32,000 nucleotides of DNA from Vibrio alginolyticus NBRC 15630 = ATCC 17749 (GCF_000354175.2 NC_022349.1:1-32000); one strand, 5' to 3'; shown: positions 1-10,440, counted from the first letter of the stretch. Notes: generated by a model from the sequence alone, not told the origin. Made by a program: numbers and translations.

Positions 1-1308
1 TTGTCACAGTTCCATCAAGCCGTAAAGAGAATTATCGAGCGAGTTCAGCAATCGGAAGGCAATCAAACACGTCTGGTCGAGCCCCTTAGCGAGAAACCTA
101 ATTTCTCATTTGTTGATTGGCTTGATGCACAACCACTTTTCCCTAAGTTTTATTGGCAGTCCCGCGATACACGTGAAGAGGTCGTTGCACTAGGGCAATT
201 GCACGCTTTTGTTGAGCCAGGTCCTGCTTATACCATTCTAGGTGAAGGGCAAAGAGTCTGGGGCGGGCGCTCTTTTGATGGGCAGCATGAGAAGAATCGC
301 CGCTGTATGCCTTCTTTTTTCTTTTTGCCTCAAATTGAGTTAATTCGTTTTGACCAACAGTGGTCTCTCGCAGTTAATATTTCAGAAGACAAAGCGCAAA
401 CTCTAGCTGGGTTGAATAAACTGGTTTGTGAGGTCGCGGCCTTAGCTCCAATTTCGTCTCACATCCGCTCTATTGTTCATACGCCAAGTCAGCCTCAATG
501 GAATGAGTTAGTTCATAAAGTTCTGACTGGTATAGAGAATGATGATTTTAAGAAAGTGGTTTTAGCGCGTCGATCTACCGTGCAGCTTGATAACACATTA
601 AGTGCTGCACAGCTACTTAAAGCAAGTTACTTAAATAACCATCATAGCTTCCATTTCATGCTGAGCTTAGACAGTAAGCACAGTTTTATGGGGTCTACAC
701 CAGAACGTTTGTATTCTCGCGTAGGGCATGAGCTACATACCGAAGCGTTAGCAGGTACGATTGGTCGGGGAGACAATGCCACTCAAGATATGGAGTTGGC
801 GAATTGGTTATCCCAAGACCAAAAGAACCTCAACGAAAACCAGTATGTGGTGGACGACATCATTGATCGTCTATCACCGCATTCTGAAATGGTTGAAGTG
901 GAAGCTGAACCTAGTTTGGTCAGACTACGAAAAGTGCAGCACCTTAAGCGAAATATTCACGCTAGTCTAAGAGCGGGGATAAATGGTGTTCAGTTGTTAT
1001 CGGCGCTTCAGCCAACAGCGGCGGTTGCTGGCTTACCCCGACAAGAGTCCATGCAGTTTATTCTTGATAATGAGCCCTTTGCACGCGGCTGGTACGCGGG
1101 GTCAATGGGTTATATAAGCCATGAACGAGCAGAGTTTTGTGTTGCAATCAGAAGCGCGCTTGTGCTCGGTGATCAAGTACAACTGTTTGCGGGCGCAGGG
1201 ATTGTGCCTGGTTCTGTGGCAGAACATGAGTGGGCAGAACTTGATAAGAAAATGTCGACGTTACTTACGCTGATTTCTGATCATCCGCCATTGGGAGTCG
1301 CATCATGA
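1..1308 (+). CDS. menF: Isochorismate synthase, menaquinone-specific (MenF)
   Basis: 435-aa ORF carrying chorismate-binding motifs (STPERLY, TEALAGT, LQPTAAVAGLP, GWYAGSMGY, FAGAGIV). The N-terminal FYWQSRD..EVVALG block is collinear with E. coli MenF as I recall it. It is the first gene of the canonical menFDHBCE order, and its stop overlaps the menD start (ATGA). The ORF opens with TTG at window base 1, so the true start could lie upstream of the window. Confidence 0.9.
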   Translation: MSQFHQAVKRIIERVQQSEGNQTRLVEPLSEKPNFSFVDWLDAQPLFPKFYWQSRDTREEVVALGQLHAFVEPGPAYTILGEGQRVWGGRSFDGQHEKNRRCMPSFFFLPQIELIRFDQQWSLAVNISEDKAQTLAGLNKLVCEVAALAPISSHIRSIVHTPSQPQWNELVHKVLTGIENDDFKKVVLARRSTVQLDNTLSAAQLLKASYLNNHHSFHFMLSLDSKHSFMGSTPERLYSRVGHELHTEALAGTIGRGDNATQDMELANWLSQDQKNLNENQYVVDDIIDRLSPHSEMVEVEAEPSLVRLRKVQHLKRNIHASLRAGINGVQLLSALQPTAAVAGLPRQESMQFILDNEPFARGWYAGSMGYISHERAEFCVAIRSALVLGDQVQLFAGAGIVPGSVAEHEWAELDKKMSTLLTLISDHPPLGVAS

Positions 1309-3023
1309 GTCATGACCAAGCGGTGCTCAATCGAGTTTGGTCAGAAACCATATTGATTGAGCTTCAGCGATTTGGCGTTAAGCATGTTTGTATCGCTCCC
1401 GGATCTCGTTCTACTCCTTTAACTTTAGAAGCGGCAGAACAGTCCGACTTTTCCATTCATACTCATTTTGATGAGCGTGGACTGGGCTTTATGGCTCTTG
1501 GTTTAGCGAAAGCTACTCAGGAGCCAGTGGCAATTATCGTTACCTCTGGTACGGCAGTGGCGAACCTATTACCGTCGGTTGCCGAAGCCAAACTTACTGG
1601 TGAAAAACTGGTGCTGCTGACAGCAGATCGTCCAGTAGAACTTGTCGGCTGTGGTGCAAACCAAGCGATAAATCAATTGGGTATTTTTTCACATCATGTT
1701 TCGGCCAGTTTGAATTTACCAAGCCCAAATTTAGCAACGTCGCTTAACTGGTTGCTGACCTCTGTTGACGAAGTGATGTTTACTCAGCAATTGCAGGGTA
1801 GTGCTGTTCATATTAATTGTGCATTTCCAGAGCCTTTGTACTCCAATACAGAAAAGAGTACCTATCAGGATTACCTTGATACCGTTGCTGGCTGGCGAGA
1901 TAGCAAGGTGACGTATTGCCAGCGCTTTAACCCGAAAACCAGCAGTGCAATTCCAAGCTGTGGGGATAACAAAGGTGTGGTGGTCATTGGTAGTTTGCCA
2001 CTGGTTCAGGCTCAAGCTGCACGAGCGTTTGCAGAGCAAATGGGCTGGCCAGTCCTTGCTGATCCACAAAGTGGTGTCAGTTCGGATTGGGCGCATTTTG
2101 ATTTATGGTTGCAGAATTCGAAATTGGCTAGCCTACTGGATGGCTGTGACTTAATCGTGCAGTTCGGTAGTCGAATCATTTCTAAACGTTTTAATCACTG
2201 GTTAGAAAAACACGTAGCACGTAATCAGCAAGGTGGTGACATTCAATATTGGTACGTATCGCCTCGATTAGAGCGAGATAACCAAAGTCACTTACCACAA
2301 TGGCACTGGGCGGAGCAGCCAAGCTCATGGGTTGAACGTACGACGGAGTTTTCATCAGAACATGCTGGTTGGGCAAATGAACTTGCCGCGGACATCAAAC
2401 AGGTCACGCAACACGCGAAAGGCTTGTTTGCTTCTGACCCTAAGAGTGAGCTGAGTGAGATTGCGTTAGCGATTGATGTGGCTGAGCGTGCTCAGGGTGT
2501 GGATCTGTTTGTTGGCAACAGTCTGTTTGTCCGATTGATCGACATGTTCGGCAAGCTTGATAACACAGAGGTTTTCACTAACCGTGGTGCGTCTGGCATT
2601 GATGGGCTGTTTGCCACAGCAAGCGGGGTACAACGCGCGCGCCAGAACCCGATGTTAATGTTTATTGGCGATACTTCTGCCTTATATGGGCTGAACTCAT
2701 TGGCACTGTTTACGCACAACAAGTTGCCTTCGGTGTTGGTGATTACTAACAACGATGGTGGGGCGATTTTTGACTTACTGCCTGTACCGCAAGAGCATCG
2801 CGAGTCGTTCTATCAAATGCCTCATGGTTATGAATTTGAACATGCAGCGAAACAGTTTGGTTTACAGTATTGCAAACCGAACACGCTGGCTGAGTATCAA
2901 TCTATAGTCTCTGAGCATTTTGCTAGCGGCGAAGGGGCGTTAGTGGTTGAAGTTCAAACGCCATCGAACCAAGCGGTAGAGCAACTAAAATCCTTCAACA
3001 AGAATTTGCATGCTCTATTCTAA
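1305..3023 (+). CDS. menD: SEPHCHC synthase, ThDP-dependent (MenD)
   Basis: 572-aa ORF. The N-terminal GSRSTPL and TSGTAVANL blocks and the C-terminal ThDP motif GDTSALYGLNSL...NNDGGAIF are typical of MenD. It is translationally coupled to menF (ATGA overlap) and lies at the expected operon position. Confidence 0.92.
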   Translation: MSHDQAVLNRVWSETILIELQRFGVKHVCIAPGSRSTPLTLEAAEQSDFSIHTHFDERGLGFMALGLAKATQEPVAIIVTSGTAVANLLPSVAEAKLTGEKLVLLTADRPVELVGCGANQAINQLGIFSHHVSASLNLPSPNLATSLNWLLTSVDEVMFTQQLQGSAVHINCAFPEPLYSNTEKSTYQDYLDTVAGWRDSKVTYCQRFNPKTSSAIPSCGDNKGVVVIGSLPLVQAQAARAFAEQMGWPVLADPQSGVSSDWAHFDLWLQNSKLASLLDGCDLIVQFGSRIISKRFNHWLEKHVARNQQGGDIQYWYVSPRLERDNQSHLPQWHWAEQPSSWVERTTEFSSEHAGWANELAADIKQVTQHAKGLFASDPKSELSEIALAIDVAERAQGVDLFVGNSLFVRLIDMFGKLDNTEVFTNRGASGIDGLFATASGVQRARQNPMLMFIGDTSALYGLNSLALFTHNKLPSVLVITNNDGGAIFDLLPVPQEHRESFYQMPHGYEFEHAAKQFGLQYCKPNTLAEYQSIVSEHFASGEGALVVEVQTPSNQAVEQLKSFNKNLHALF

Positions 3024-3837
3024 ACGCTTCCCAGCAACGGAAAAGCACCAAAGTAGTATTTTGCCTACTCTGGTGTTTTTGCATGGTTTGTTTGGTAGCG
3101 GTGAAGACTGGCAATCGTGTATCAACGCGTTACCCGAATATGAACGTGTTACGGTTGACCTTCCTGGTCACGGACGCAGCCAATCTATTTTTTGCTGCGA
3201 TTTAAATGATTGCTGCAAACTTCTTGGTTCCACACTATCTTTATTATTTCCCTCACAACAACCACTTATTTTGATTGGATACTCTATGGGCGGCCGCATT
3301 GCGATGCATGGTATTGCCCATCAATGCTTTCCAGAGCTCAATATTGCAGGCGCGATTATTGAAGGGGGAAACTTCGGGCTTCAAACTGAGTCAGAGAAAC
3401 AGGTGAGATTAGAGAATGATGCTCGCTGGGCAATGCGTTTCAAAACTGAACCACTTGAACGTGTTTTGAACGATTGGTACCAACAAGCGGTGTTTTCTTC
3501 ACTAAACCATGAGCAAAGACAAACATTCATTGCGAAGCGAAGTGATAATCTTGGCTCAGCGGTGGCGAATATGTTGATGGCGACATCGTTAGCCAAACAG
3601 GCATATTTGTTGCCCTCACTGCAAAAGCAGAACATACCAGTGTATTACTTGTGTGGTGAGAAAGACCAAAAATTTAGCCAACTGGCACAACGTAGCGGGT
3701 TGGCGTATCGACAAGTTGAAGGCGCTGGTCATAACGTCCATCAAGAGCAGCCCAAACAGTTTGCGATACATACCAAGCAAATAATTCAGTCTCACTTTGG
3801 TGAGAGTAACGAGAACAATGGGAATCACCATGGCTAA
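3010..3837 (+). CDS. menH: SHCHC synthase, alpha/beta hydrolase (MenH)
   Basis: 275-aa ORF with alpha/beta-hydrolase features: FLHGLFGS oxyanion region, nucleophile elbow GYSMGG, and a C-terminal GAGHNVH histidine. It overlaps the menD end by 14 nt and the menB start by 8 nt. The call rests on its position between menD and menB. Confidence 0.85.
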   Translation: MLYSKRFPATEKHQSSILPTLVFLHGLFGSGEDWQSCINALPEYERVTVDLPGHGRSQSIFCCDLNDCCKLLGSTLSLLFPSQQPLILIGYSMGGRIAMHGIAHQCFPELNIAGAIIEGGNFGLQTESEKQVRLENDARWAMRFKTEPLERVLNDWYQQAVFSSLNHEQRQTFIAKRSDNLGSAVANMLMATSLAKQAYLLPSLQKQNIPVYYLCGEKDQKFSQLAQRSGLAYRQVEGAGHNVHQEQPKQFAIHTKQIIQSHFGESNENNGNHHG

Positions 3838-4696
3838 AACAGTAGGCATTTCTGAAGAAGAACTTTACGCTCCGGTTCAATGGAAAGATTGCGGCGAGAA
3901 ATACGAGGACATTCATTACCATAAGTCTGAAGATGGTATCGCGAAAATCACCATTGCGCGTCCTCAAGTGCGTAACGCGTTTCGTCCTCAAACGGTAAAA
4001 GAGATGATTGATGCGTTGGCAGATGCGCGTTACGACTCTGGTGTTGGCGTGATCATTCTGACAGGTCTAGGTGAAGACGCATTCTGTTCTGGCGGCGACC
4101 AGAAGATCCGTGGCGACTACGGCGGCTATAAAGACGACCAAGGCACACATCACCTCAACGTATTGGACTTCCAACGCGATATTCGTACTTGTCCAAAACC
4201 AGTGATCGCATCGGTAGCTGGTTGGGCTGTTGGCGGTGGTCATGTACTGCATATGATGTGTGATCTAACAATTGCAGCTGACAACGCTCAATTTGGTCAA
4301 ACAGGCCCTAAAGTGGGTTCATTTGACGGCGGTTGGGGCGCATCTTATATGGCTCGTATCGTAGGCCAAAAGAAAGCTCGCGAAATTTGGTTCCTATGTC
4401 GTTTCTACAATGCTCAAGAAGCGGTAGACATGGGCCTAGTAAACACAGTTGTACCACTAGCGGATCTAGAGAAAGAAACCGTTCGTTGGTGTCGTGAAGT
4501 ACTACAGCACAGCCCAATGGCATTGCGCTGCCTGAAAGCTGCATTAAACGCAGATTGTGATGGTCAAGCGGGTCTGCAAGAGCTAGCGGGTAACGCAACG
4601 ATGATGTTCTACATGACTGATGAAGGCCAAGAAGGTCGTAATGCCTTTAACGAGAAGCGTCGCCCAGACTTCGATAAATTCCCTCGCAACCCATAA
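3830..4696 (+). CDS. menB: 1,4-dihydroxy-2-naphthoyl-CoA synthase (MenB)
   Basis: Crotonase-fold motifs FCSGGDQ and GWAVGGGH, plus a [19 protein letters not shown] block nearly identical to E. coli MenB as recalled. The ORF track starts at 3797; I moved the start to ATG 3830 ([18 protein letters not shown]...), which aligns with the MenB N-terminus. Confidence 0.93.
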   Translation: MAKTVGISEEELYAPVQWKDCGEKYEDIHYHKSEDGIAKITIARPQVRNAFRPQTVKEMIDALADARYDSGVGVIILTGLGEDAFCSGGDQKIRGDYGGYKDDQGTHHLNVLDFQRDIRTCPKPVIASVAGWAVGGGHVLHMMCDLTIAADNAQFGQTGPKVGSFDGGWGASYMARIVGQKKAREIWFLCRFYNAQEAVDMGLVNTVVPLADLEKETVRWCREVLQHSPMALRCLKAALNADCDGQAGLQELAGNATMMFYMTDEGQEGRNAFNEKRRPDFDKFPRNP

Positions 4697-4707
4697 TCCG
4701 TCTAAAT

Positions 4708-4740
4708 GAGGAGCGTGTTAGCTCCTCTGTTACTTTTTTC
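4708..4740 (+). terminator. Terminator-like or attenuator hairpin between menB and menC
   Basis: GAGGAGC (4708-4714), a 6-nt loop, GCTCCTC (4721-4727), then TGTTACTTTTTT. It begins 12 nt after the menB stop, inside an otherwise tightly coupled operon. Confidence 0.4.
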
Positions 4741-4821
4741 CTGAGCGCCTCGCCCTCTGGGAGGCTGGTGGGATTGCTCGTCAGAACGCTCAAATATACG
4801 GCATTACATAGGACTTGAATT

Positions 4822-5811
4822 ATGCGTGAAGCGAAAATTTATCGTTATAGCTTGCCCATGGATAGTGGTGTCATCCTACGTGACAACAAGCTAACCGAAC
4901 GTGTTGGTTATGTTGTTGCGCTTTCCGAAGATGGTAAAACAGGGCTTGGAGAAGTCGCTCCTCTTCCTTGTTTTAGCTTAGAGAGCACCGAAGATGCGGG
5001 TGTTCAGCTACAAGAACAGGCGGAGCGTTGGGTAGCAGAGTTGGATGTGGATTATGCCAAGATGTACCCGTCGGTTGCGTTTGGTTTATCGATGGCACAG
5101 CTTGAATTAGCTGGTGGCTTACCACAACAAGGTAAATACCAAACAGCGCCACTATGCACTGGCGACCCAGATGAGCTCATTCCAAAGCTGAACGAGATGG
5201 AAGGTGAGAAAGTCGCTAAGGTGAAAGTTGGACTTTATGAGCCAATTCGCGATGGCATGCTTGTGAACCTTTTTCTTGAATCAATCCCTCAATTAACGCT
5301 TCGACTCGATGCCAATCGCGCTTGGACACCAGAAAAAGCGCAGCAGTTCGCTAAGTACATTGCTCCGTCTCTGCGTCAACGAATCACGTTTCTAGAAGAG
5401 CCGTGCCGCTCTCCTGGCGATAGTCTCTCTTTTGCGATTAATACTGGTATTGCTATCGCTTGGGATGAAACATTGCAAGATGCGGTTCGTCGTGAAGATT
5501 TCCGTCTTGAAGATCTAACTGGTGTGAAAACGATCATCATCAAACCCACACTCATTGGTTCAGTGGATTTTTGTATTACACTGATAGAGAAAGCGAAGTC
5601 ACTGGGGATGAAAGCAGTGATTAGCTCGAGCATTGAATCCAGTCTCGGTTTAACTCAATTAGCGCGCTTTGCCCAATGGCAGCTGCCTGATGAAGTTCCA
5701 GGTTTGGATACGATTGGCTTATTCAAAGCTCAGCTAGAGCAGGGCTGGCCTAAGTGTGAACTTCCCGTTCTTCCTCTAAAAGACCAGGAGATTGTGTGGC
5801 ATTCTGCGTAG
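4822..5811 (+). CDS. menC: o-Succinylbenzoate synthase (MenC), enolase superfamily
   Basis: 329-aa ORF containing the enolase-superfamily catalytic series AKVKVG, LRLDANRAW, FLEEP, AWDET and IIKPT, at the expected operon position. Confidence 0.88.
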   Translation: MREAKIYRYSLPMDSGVILRDNKLTERVGYVVALSEDGKTGLGEVAPLPCFSLESTEDAGVQLQEQAERWVAELDVDYAKMYPSVAFGLSMAQLELAGGLPQQGKYQTAPLCTGDPDELIPKLNEMEGEKVAKVKVGLYEPIRDGMLVNLFLESIPQLTLRLDANRAWTPEKAQQFAKYIAPSLRQRITFLEEPCRSPGDSLSFAINTGIAIAWDETLQDAVRREDFRLEDLTGVKTIIIKPTLIGSVDFCITLIEKAKSLGMKAVISSSIESSLGLTQLARFAQWQLPDEVPGLDTIGLFKAQLEQGWPKCELPVLPLKDQEIVWHSA

Positions 5812-7223
5812 ACAATATTGCGAAGGCACCATGGAAATATTGGGCTCAAACGAGCCCTTTTTCTATTGCACTCAAGACATCAACAGAAGTATTAAACTGG
5901 CAACAACTCTCGAAGCGTATTGACCAATACACTCACTATTTGAATGACTTGGGTGTAACTCGGGGGGATGTGCTGACTTTGGTTGGCAAGAACCAAGTAG
6001 AAACACTGTTGTTTTATCTTGCCTCCAAACAGTTAGGCGCGCTCGCTGCGCTGACCATGGAACAACCACTAGATAAGTTGCAGAGTAAGCTTGCTACACT
6101 TTACAGGCCTGATCAAACTCGGTTTATCTGGTTTTCTCAGGAGTGCGCTTCGATCTTTTCTGAACATGATATACAAAAACTCAAGGCAACATTGCTTTCA
6201 CCGCCTGTAGTATCACAGCAAGAGAGTGATTCGTTGACTGAAGATAGCTATCATCATGACCGGCTCGCTTCAGTAGTATTTACTTCTGGCTCTACAGGGG
6301 AGCCTAAAGCTGTGGTTCATACACATCGACAGCATCTTGCGTCTGCAGAGGGCTTGTTGCAGGAGTTCATTTTCACTCAGCAAGATGATTGGCTGTTATC
6401 GCTTCCGCTGTATCACGTCTCTGGATTAGCGATTGTCTATCGTTGGCTATATGTCGGAGCAACACTAAAAGTCGGTTCAGGGAAACTTGTTGATGATGTT
6501 CAGGGCGTATCACACGCTTCTTTGGTTGCGACTCAGCTCAAACGGTTATTGGATGATGATGCACATTTGTCATTGACACATGTGCTACTGGGCGGCAGCC
6601 ACGTTGATCACGAGTTGGCACTACGAGCAACAGGGCAAGGCATTGAGACATGGTTAGGTTATGGGATGACGGAGGCGGCCTCTACCGTTACCGCAAAGAG
6701 AATTGACAGCACCAGTAATGCTGGACATGTATTGAAGCACCGTAAGATAAAATTAGTTGACCAACGCATTTTTGTTGGCGGTAAGACATTAGCGGCAGGG
6801 TATTTCCATCAAGGACATGTTACCCCATTTCTGGATGAGAAAGGCTGGTTTGACAGCAAAGATCTTGGCGAGTGGCAAGGTGATGAATTAAAGATAATCG
6901 GCCGTGCCGACAATCAGTTTATCTCTGGTGGTGAGAATATCCATTGTGAAGAGATTGAAGCCGCTTTGAACCAAATTGATGGTGTAGTGCAGAGTATAGT
7001 GGTTCCAGTCGAAGACGCGGAGTTTGGTCATAGACCAGTAGCTGTGATTCAGACCAATGGATTGCGCAGCAAATCGGAGTATGACCAGCACTTGCAATCA
7101 AAGTTAGAGAAGTTTAAATGGCCAGTGGAATACCATGTAATGCCACAAACTCTACTAAAAGGCGGGATCAAAATTTCACGTAAGGCCGTGAAAGAGTGGC
7201 TATTGTCATCACTTCAGCATTAG
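5796..7223 (+). CDS. menE: o-Succinylbenzoate-CoA ligase (MenE)
   Basis: 475-aa ORF with adenylate-forming enzyme motifs: TSGSTGEPKAV, YGMTE, GWFDSKDLG and GRADNQFISGGENI. GTG start at 5796 overlaps the menC end by 16 nt. It is the last gene of the men operon. Confidence 0.88.
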   Translation: MAFCVDNIAKAPWKYWAQTSPFSIALKTSTEVLNWQQLSKRIDQYTHYLNDLGVTRGDVLTLVGKNQVETLLFYLASKQLGALAALTMEQPLDKLQSKLATLYRPDQTRFIWFSQECASIFSEHDIQKLKATLLSPPVVSQQESDSLTEDSYHHDRLASVVFTSGSTGEPKAVVHTHRQHLASAEGLLQEFIFTQQDDWLLSLPLYHVSGLAIVYRWLYVGATLKVGSGKLVDDVQGVSHASLVATQLKRLLDDDAHLSLTHVLLGGSHVDHELALRATGQGIETWLGYGMTEAASTVTAKRIDSTSNAGHVLKHRKIKLVDQRIFVGGKTLAAGYFHQGHVTPFLDEKGWFDSKDLGEWQGDELKIIGRADNQFISGGENIHCEEIEAALNQIDGVVQSIVVPVEDAEFGHRPVAVIQTNGLRSKSEYDQHLQSKLEKFKWPVEYHVMPQTLLKGGIKISRKAVKEWLLSSLQH

Positions 7224-7508
7224 TCAATTTTGCTATGTATTAGTCATAAAGAGAATTTCGTATCCTTATAACTCTGAATCATAATTATGCTTCTTCGTGG
7301 AGAGAAAATGCATAAGGTTCAGGATGGCAAAGCTAGTTTTAATTGCGGCAGTAGCACTACAAATTAGTATCGCGATAAGTAGTGAAGGGCTAGCCCGCTC
7401 TCTTGCAGAGCTAACGGTATTTTTGAACGCTATTGCGTTGGTCGTTATATACAAAAATAGCAAACGGGAAATACCGTCCCCTCAACGCGATAAGCAGACC
7501 ACCAATAT

Positions 7509-8438
7509 CTAAAACAGTAACCAACTTAGAGAAGTGGTCGAAATTAACACCCACAGAGTCACACCAAACAACAGTGGCTTAGCTCCAGCAGACTTTAGTT
7601 TTGAAATTGAAATGCTACAACCTATCAAGAACAGACATACAACCAACGCTTGCTTTGCTCCAATGAAAATGCCGTGATAGACCATTTCAAATTGAGGAAA
7701 GAAGTCGCTAAACGCGATAGCTGCACAGTACCAAAAAATGAAATAAGGGATAGCTAGTTTTTTCTTTCCATACTCTTTTTGGCCTCTTGAAAAGATGACG
7801 GCACTGATCAAAGCAACAGGAATGATCCATAAAGCGCGCGCGAGTTTCAATGTTGTTGCCGTAGTTAGCGCTTCTTCCCCATAGGCCGAGGCAGCCCCGA
7901 CAACAGAAGATGTGTCATGAATGGCAATTGCAGCCCATGTGCCAAACGTGTGTTGATCTAGCCCTAAAGCATGTCCAATCACAGGAAACACAAAGAGTGC
8001 AATGGAGTTCAGGACAAATACCGTTGCCAGTGCTAATCCAATCTGCTCGTCTTTCGCTTTAATCGCCGGTGCCACAGCAGCAATTGCGCTACCACCACAA
8101 ATTGCAGTACCTGATGAGATTAAGTAAGCGGTTACTCGCTCCAATTTAAGCACCCTGGCAATGAGAGTGCCCATGATCAGTGTGCCTGTAATAGTGGCGA
8201 TGATCAGGCCGATACCATCCGATGTGACTGTAAGCGCTTGCTCGAAGTTGATGCCAAAGCCTAAGCCAATAATCGAGTAAGACAGCAGCTTTTTAGTAAA
8301 AGAAGCGATGGGCAGCTCGGAAGGCACAAAACCAAAACTTGCGAGTAGAAAACCGATAACTAGAGCAATGGGAGAGGAGGCAAGAGGGGTTAGACAAAAA
8401 AGTAACGCCAATCCAAACAGGAGGTAGTTTCTATTCAA
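7509..8438 (-). CDS. YeiH/UPF0324-family inner-membrane protein (putative sulfate-exporter family)
   Basis: 309-aa polytopic ORF. Blocks [23 protein letters not shown] and [17 protein letters not shown] are collinear with E. coli YeiH as recalled. The start is uncertain: it is TTG at 8438 with no obvious Shine-Dalgarno. Confidence 0.78.
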   Translation of the reverse strand: MNRNYLLFGLALLFCLTPLASSPIALVIGFLLASFGFVPSELPIASFTKKLLSYSIIGLGFGINFEQALTVTSDGIGLIIATITGTLIMGTLIARVLKLERVTAYLISSGTAICGGSAIAAVAPAIKAKDEQIGLALATVFVLNSIALFVFPVIGHALGLDQHTFGTWAAIAIHDTSSVVGAASAYGEEALTTATTLKLARALWIIPVALISAVIFSRGQKEYGKKKLAIPYFIFWYCAAIAFSDFFPQFEMVYHGIFIGAKQALVVCLFLIGCSISISKLKSAGAKPLLFGVTLWVLISTTSLSWLLF

Positions 8439-8512
8439 GGTTTTTATTCGCTGTTGTGAATGAAAGGGAGAGTATATCGCACTGGGTGTGGTCAGTTTGT
8501 CTTAATGATTTA

Positions 8513-8543
8513 AACACATGTTCAGTTATCCTAAACATGTGTT
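8513..8543. promoter_or_regulatory. 10-bp inverted repeat with 11-bp spacer (T-N11-A type) upstream of the yeiH-like gene
   Basis: AACACATGTT (8513-8522) and AACATGTGTT (8534-8543) are exact reverse complements, lying 75-105 bp upstream of the yeiH-like start. The geometry fits a LysR-type box; E. coli yeiH is controlled by the LTTR YeiE. A transcript-end hairpin for the upstream fusion gene is an alternative. Confidence 0.3.
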
Positions 8544-8552
8544 CAAGTGTAT

Positions 8553-10427
8553 TTATCGCCAGTCGCCTCTAAGTTGATGCACTTTATCGAACATTGTTTT
8601 TGCCGTTGCCTCGTCTGGTGGCACCGGTTGTCCTGCCTCTATTTCTAGCTTTGACCAAAATCGAGTCGGTAAGCCACAGCATGCGCGACCTTTTGCGCGG
8701 CTGAAATAGCTTCCCCATAAGCCTTTAAGTGCAACAGGTATGACAGGTACTGGACTACGACGTAGGATTATATCAATACCGCGCATGAATTCATTCATTT
8801 CACCATCTGAAGTTAATCTTCCTTCAGGGAAAATACAGACGATATGACCTTCGCTTAGCGCAGCTTCCACATCGTTAAATGCACGTCTGATAGAGCTTCT
8901 GTTACTCGCTGAAATTGGAATTACCCCAGTTCGACGTAAAAAGCGCCTTAATGGAGGTAGGTTGGCGTAATCTTCCTCCATCACAAAACGAATCAACCTT
9001 GGGCATACGGCACTAAGTAGCAATGCATCCATGTAGCTTACATGATTACATACAATCAATGCCCCACCATGCTCGGGTAGGTTGTGTAGATTCTTATGCT
9101 TAACTCGATAGATGGTGTGCGTAAGCATCCACATGACAAAGCGAACTACAAAAATAGGAATTTGCAAAAAGATGTAAGCGGCGACTAAGAAATTTAAAAT
9201 GGCTAACAATGCAAACAGCTGAGGAATTGTCATCTTGATTACACTTAAGCACACAATACCTAAGACAGCGCTGCCGACCATAAACAGAGAGTTAAAGATG
9301 TTGAGCCCTGCGATGACTTGAGCACGTTCGGTTTCCTTTGCTCGATGCTGCATTAATGCGTAAAGAGGCACGATAAACAAACCGCCCGAAGCGCCAATCA
9401 TCAATAGGTAGAAAAATAATGGCCAAAAAGGCTCATATCTAAAGAAGTCTACAAAGTTATGGAAAACAGGTAGATCATTGGGAATGGAAGTGGCCATTAG
9501 GTACCCAAATACCGTAATGCCAAAGGCACCAATTGGCACAATACCGACTTCGATACGATGGTTTGAGATCCAATTGCAAAGTAGCGACCCTAGCGCGATA
9601 CCAATGGAAAATAGAGCGAGCAAGAAAGACACCGCACTCTCGGTGCCATTTAGGTAAATCTTAGTGAAATTCGGAAATTGTGTTAGATATGCGGCGCCTA
9701 AAAACCAAAACCAGCTTATTGCCATTATGCATTGAAAAACAACTCGATCGGATTTGGCGATAGAGAGCGTGTGTTTGGTTTGCTTGTATGGTTGCCAACG
9801 AAAAGAGAGATTGGGCGCGCTGGCTGCAGCAAAGGGGATTGAGCGGCTCGACAAGTAGCCTAACAATGCGAAGATCACGACACAAAATGCGGCAAGGTAT
9901 TTTGCGTTGTCTGCAGAGGCTATAATCCCAGCGCCTAAGGTGCCAATAAGGATGGCGATAAAGGTACCAGCTTCAACAAGAGCGTTGCCGGGCACTAACT
10001 CTTTAGCATTTAACTTTTGAGGCAAAAGGGCATATTTAACTGGGCCAAAAAATGCTGACTGTGTGCCCATTAAAAACAGTAGCAATAAAAGCACACCATA
10101 ACTTTCGGTTATGAATCCGATGGCACCCAACAGCATGATGGCTATTTCAAATAGTTTGACCTTACGAATAAACCATGACTTTTCATATTTGTCGGCTAAT
10201 ACGCCAGCGGAAGCAGAGAACAGAAAGAACGGTAGAATGAACAAGCCTGCCGCAAGGTTGATGAACAAATTGCTCGAAATAGGCAGTGCACTGGAGCCCG
10301 CGAATGCGACAAACAACAGCAAAACGTTTTTAAAAATATTGTCGTTGAAAGCGCCAAAAAACTGAGTAATGAAATAGGGCAGGAACTTTCTCTGCGTAAG
10401 TAACGACGGCTGTCTGTCGAATGACAT
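8553..10427 (-). CDS. Fusion protein: LplT-like MFS lysophospholipid transporter plus PlsC-family acyltransferase
   Basis: 624-aa ORF. The N-terminal ~400 aa is a multi-TM MFS collinear with E. coli LplT (FGAFNDN..., YALLPQKL...GNALVEAGTFIAILIG). The C-terminal ~200 aa carries the acyltransferase HX4D motif (NHVSYMD) and an FPEGRLT block. AAGGA Shine-Dalgarno lies between the tetR stop (10441) and the ATG at 10427. Confidence 0.85.
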   Translation of the reverse strand: MSFDRQPSLLTQRKFLPYFITQFFGAFNDNIFKNVLLLFVAFAGSSALPISSNLFINLAAGLFILPFFLFSASAGVLADKYEKSWFIRKVKLFEIAIMLLGAIGFITESYGVLLLLLFLMGTQSAFFGPVKYALLPQKLNAKELVPGNALVEAGTFIAILIGTLGAGIIASADNAKYLAAFCVVIFALLGYLSSRSIPFAAASAPNLSFRWQPYKQTKHTLSIAKSDRVVFQCIMAISWFWFLGAAYLTQFPNFTKIYLNGTESAVSFLLALFSIGIALGSLLCNWISNHRIEVGIVPIGAFGITVFGYLMATSIPNDLPVFHNFVDFFRYEPFWPLFFYLLMIGASGGLFIVPLYALMQHRAKETERAQVIAGLNIFNSLFMVGSAVLGIVCLSVIKMTIPQLFALLAILNFLVAAYIFLQIPIFVVRFVMWMLTHTIYRVKHKNLHNLPEHGGALIVCNHVSYMDALLLSAVCPRLIRFVMEEDYANLPPLRRFLRRTGVIPISASNRSSIRRAFNDVEAALSEGHIVCIFPEGRLTSDGEMNEFMRGIDIILRRSPVPVIPVALKGLWGSYFSRAKGRACCGLPTRFWSKLEIEAGQPVPPDEATAKTMFDKVHQLRGDWR

Positions 10428-10440
10428 GGATAATCCTTTG

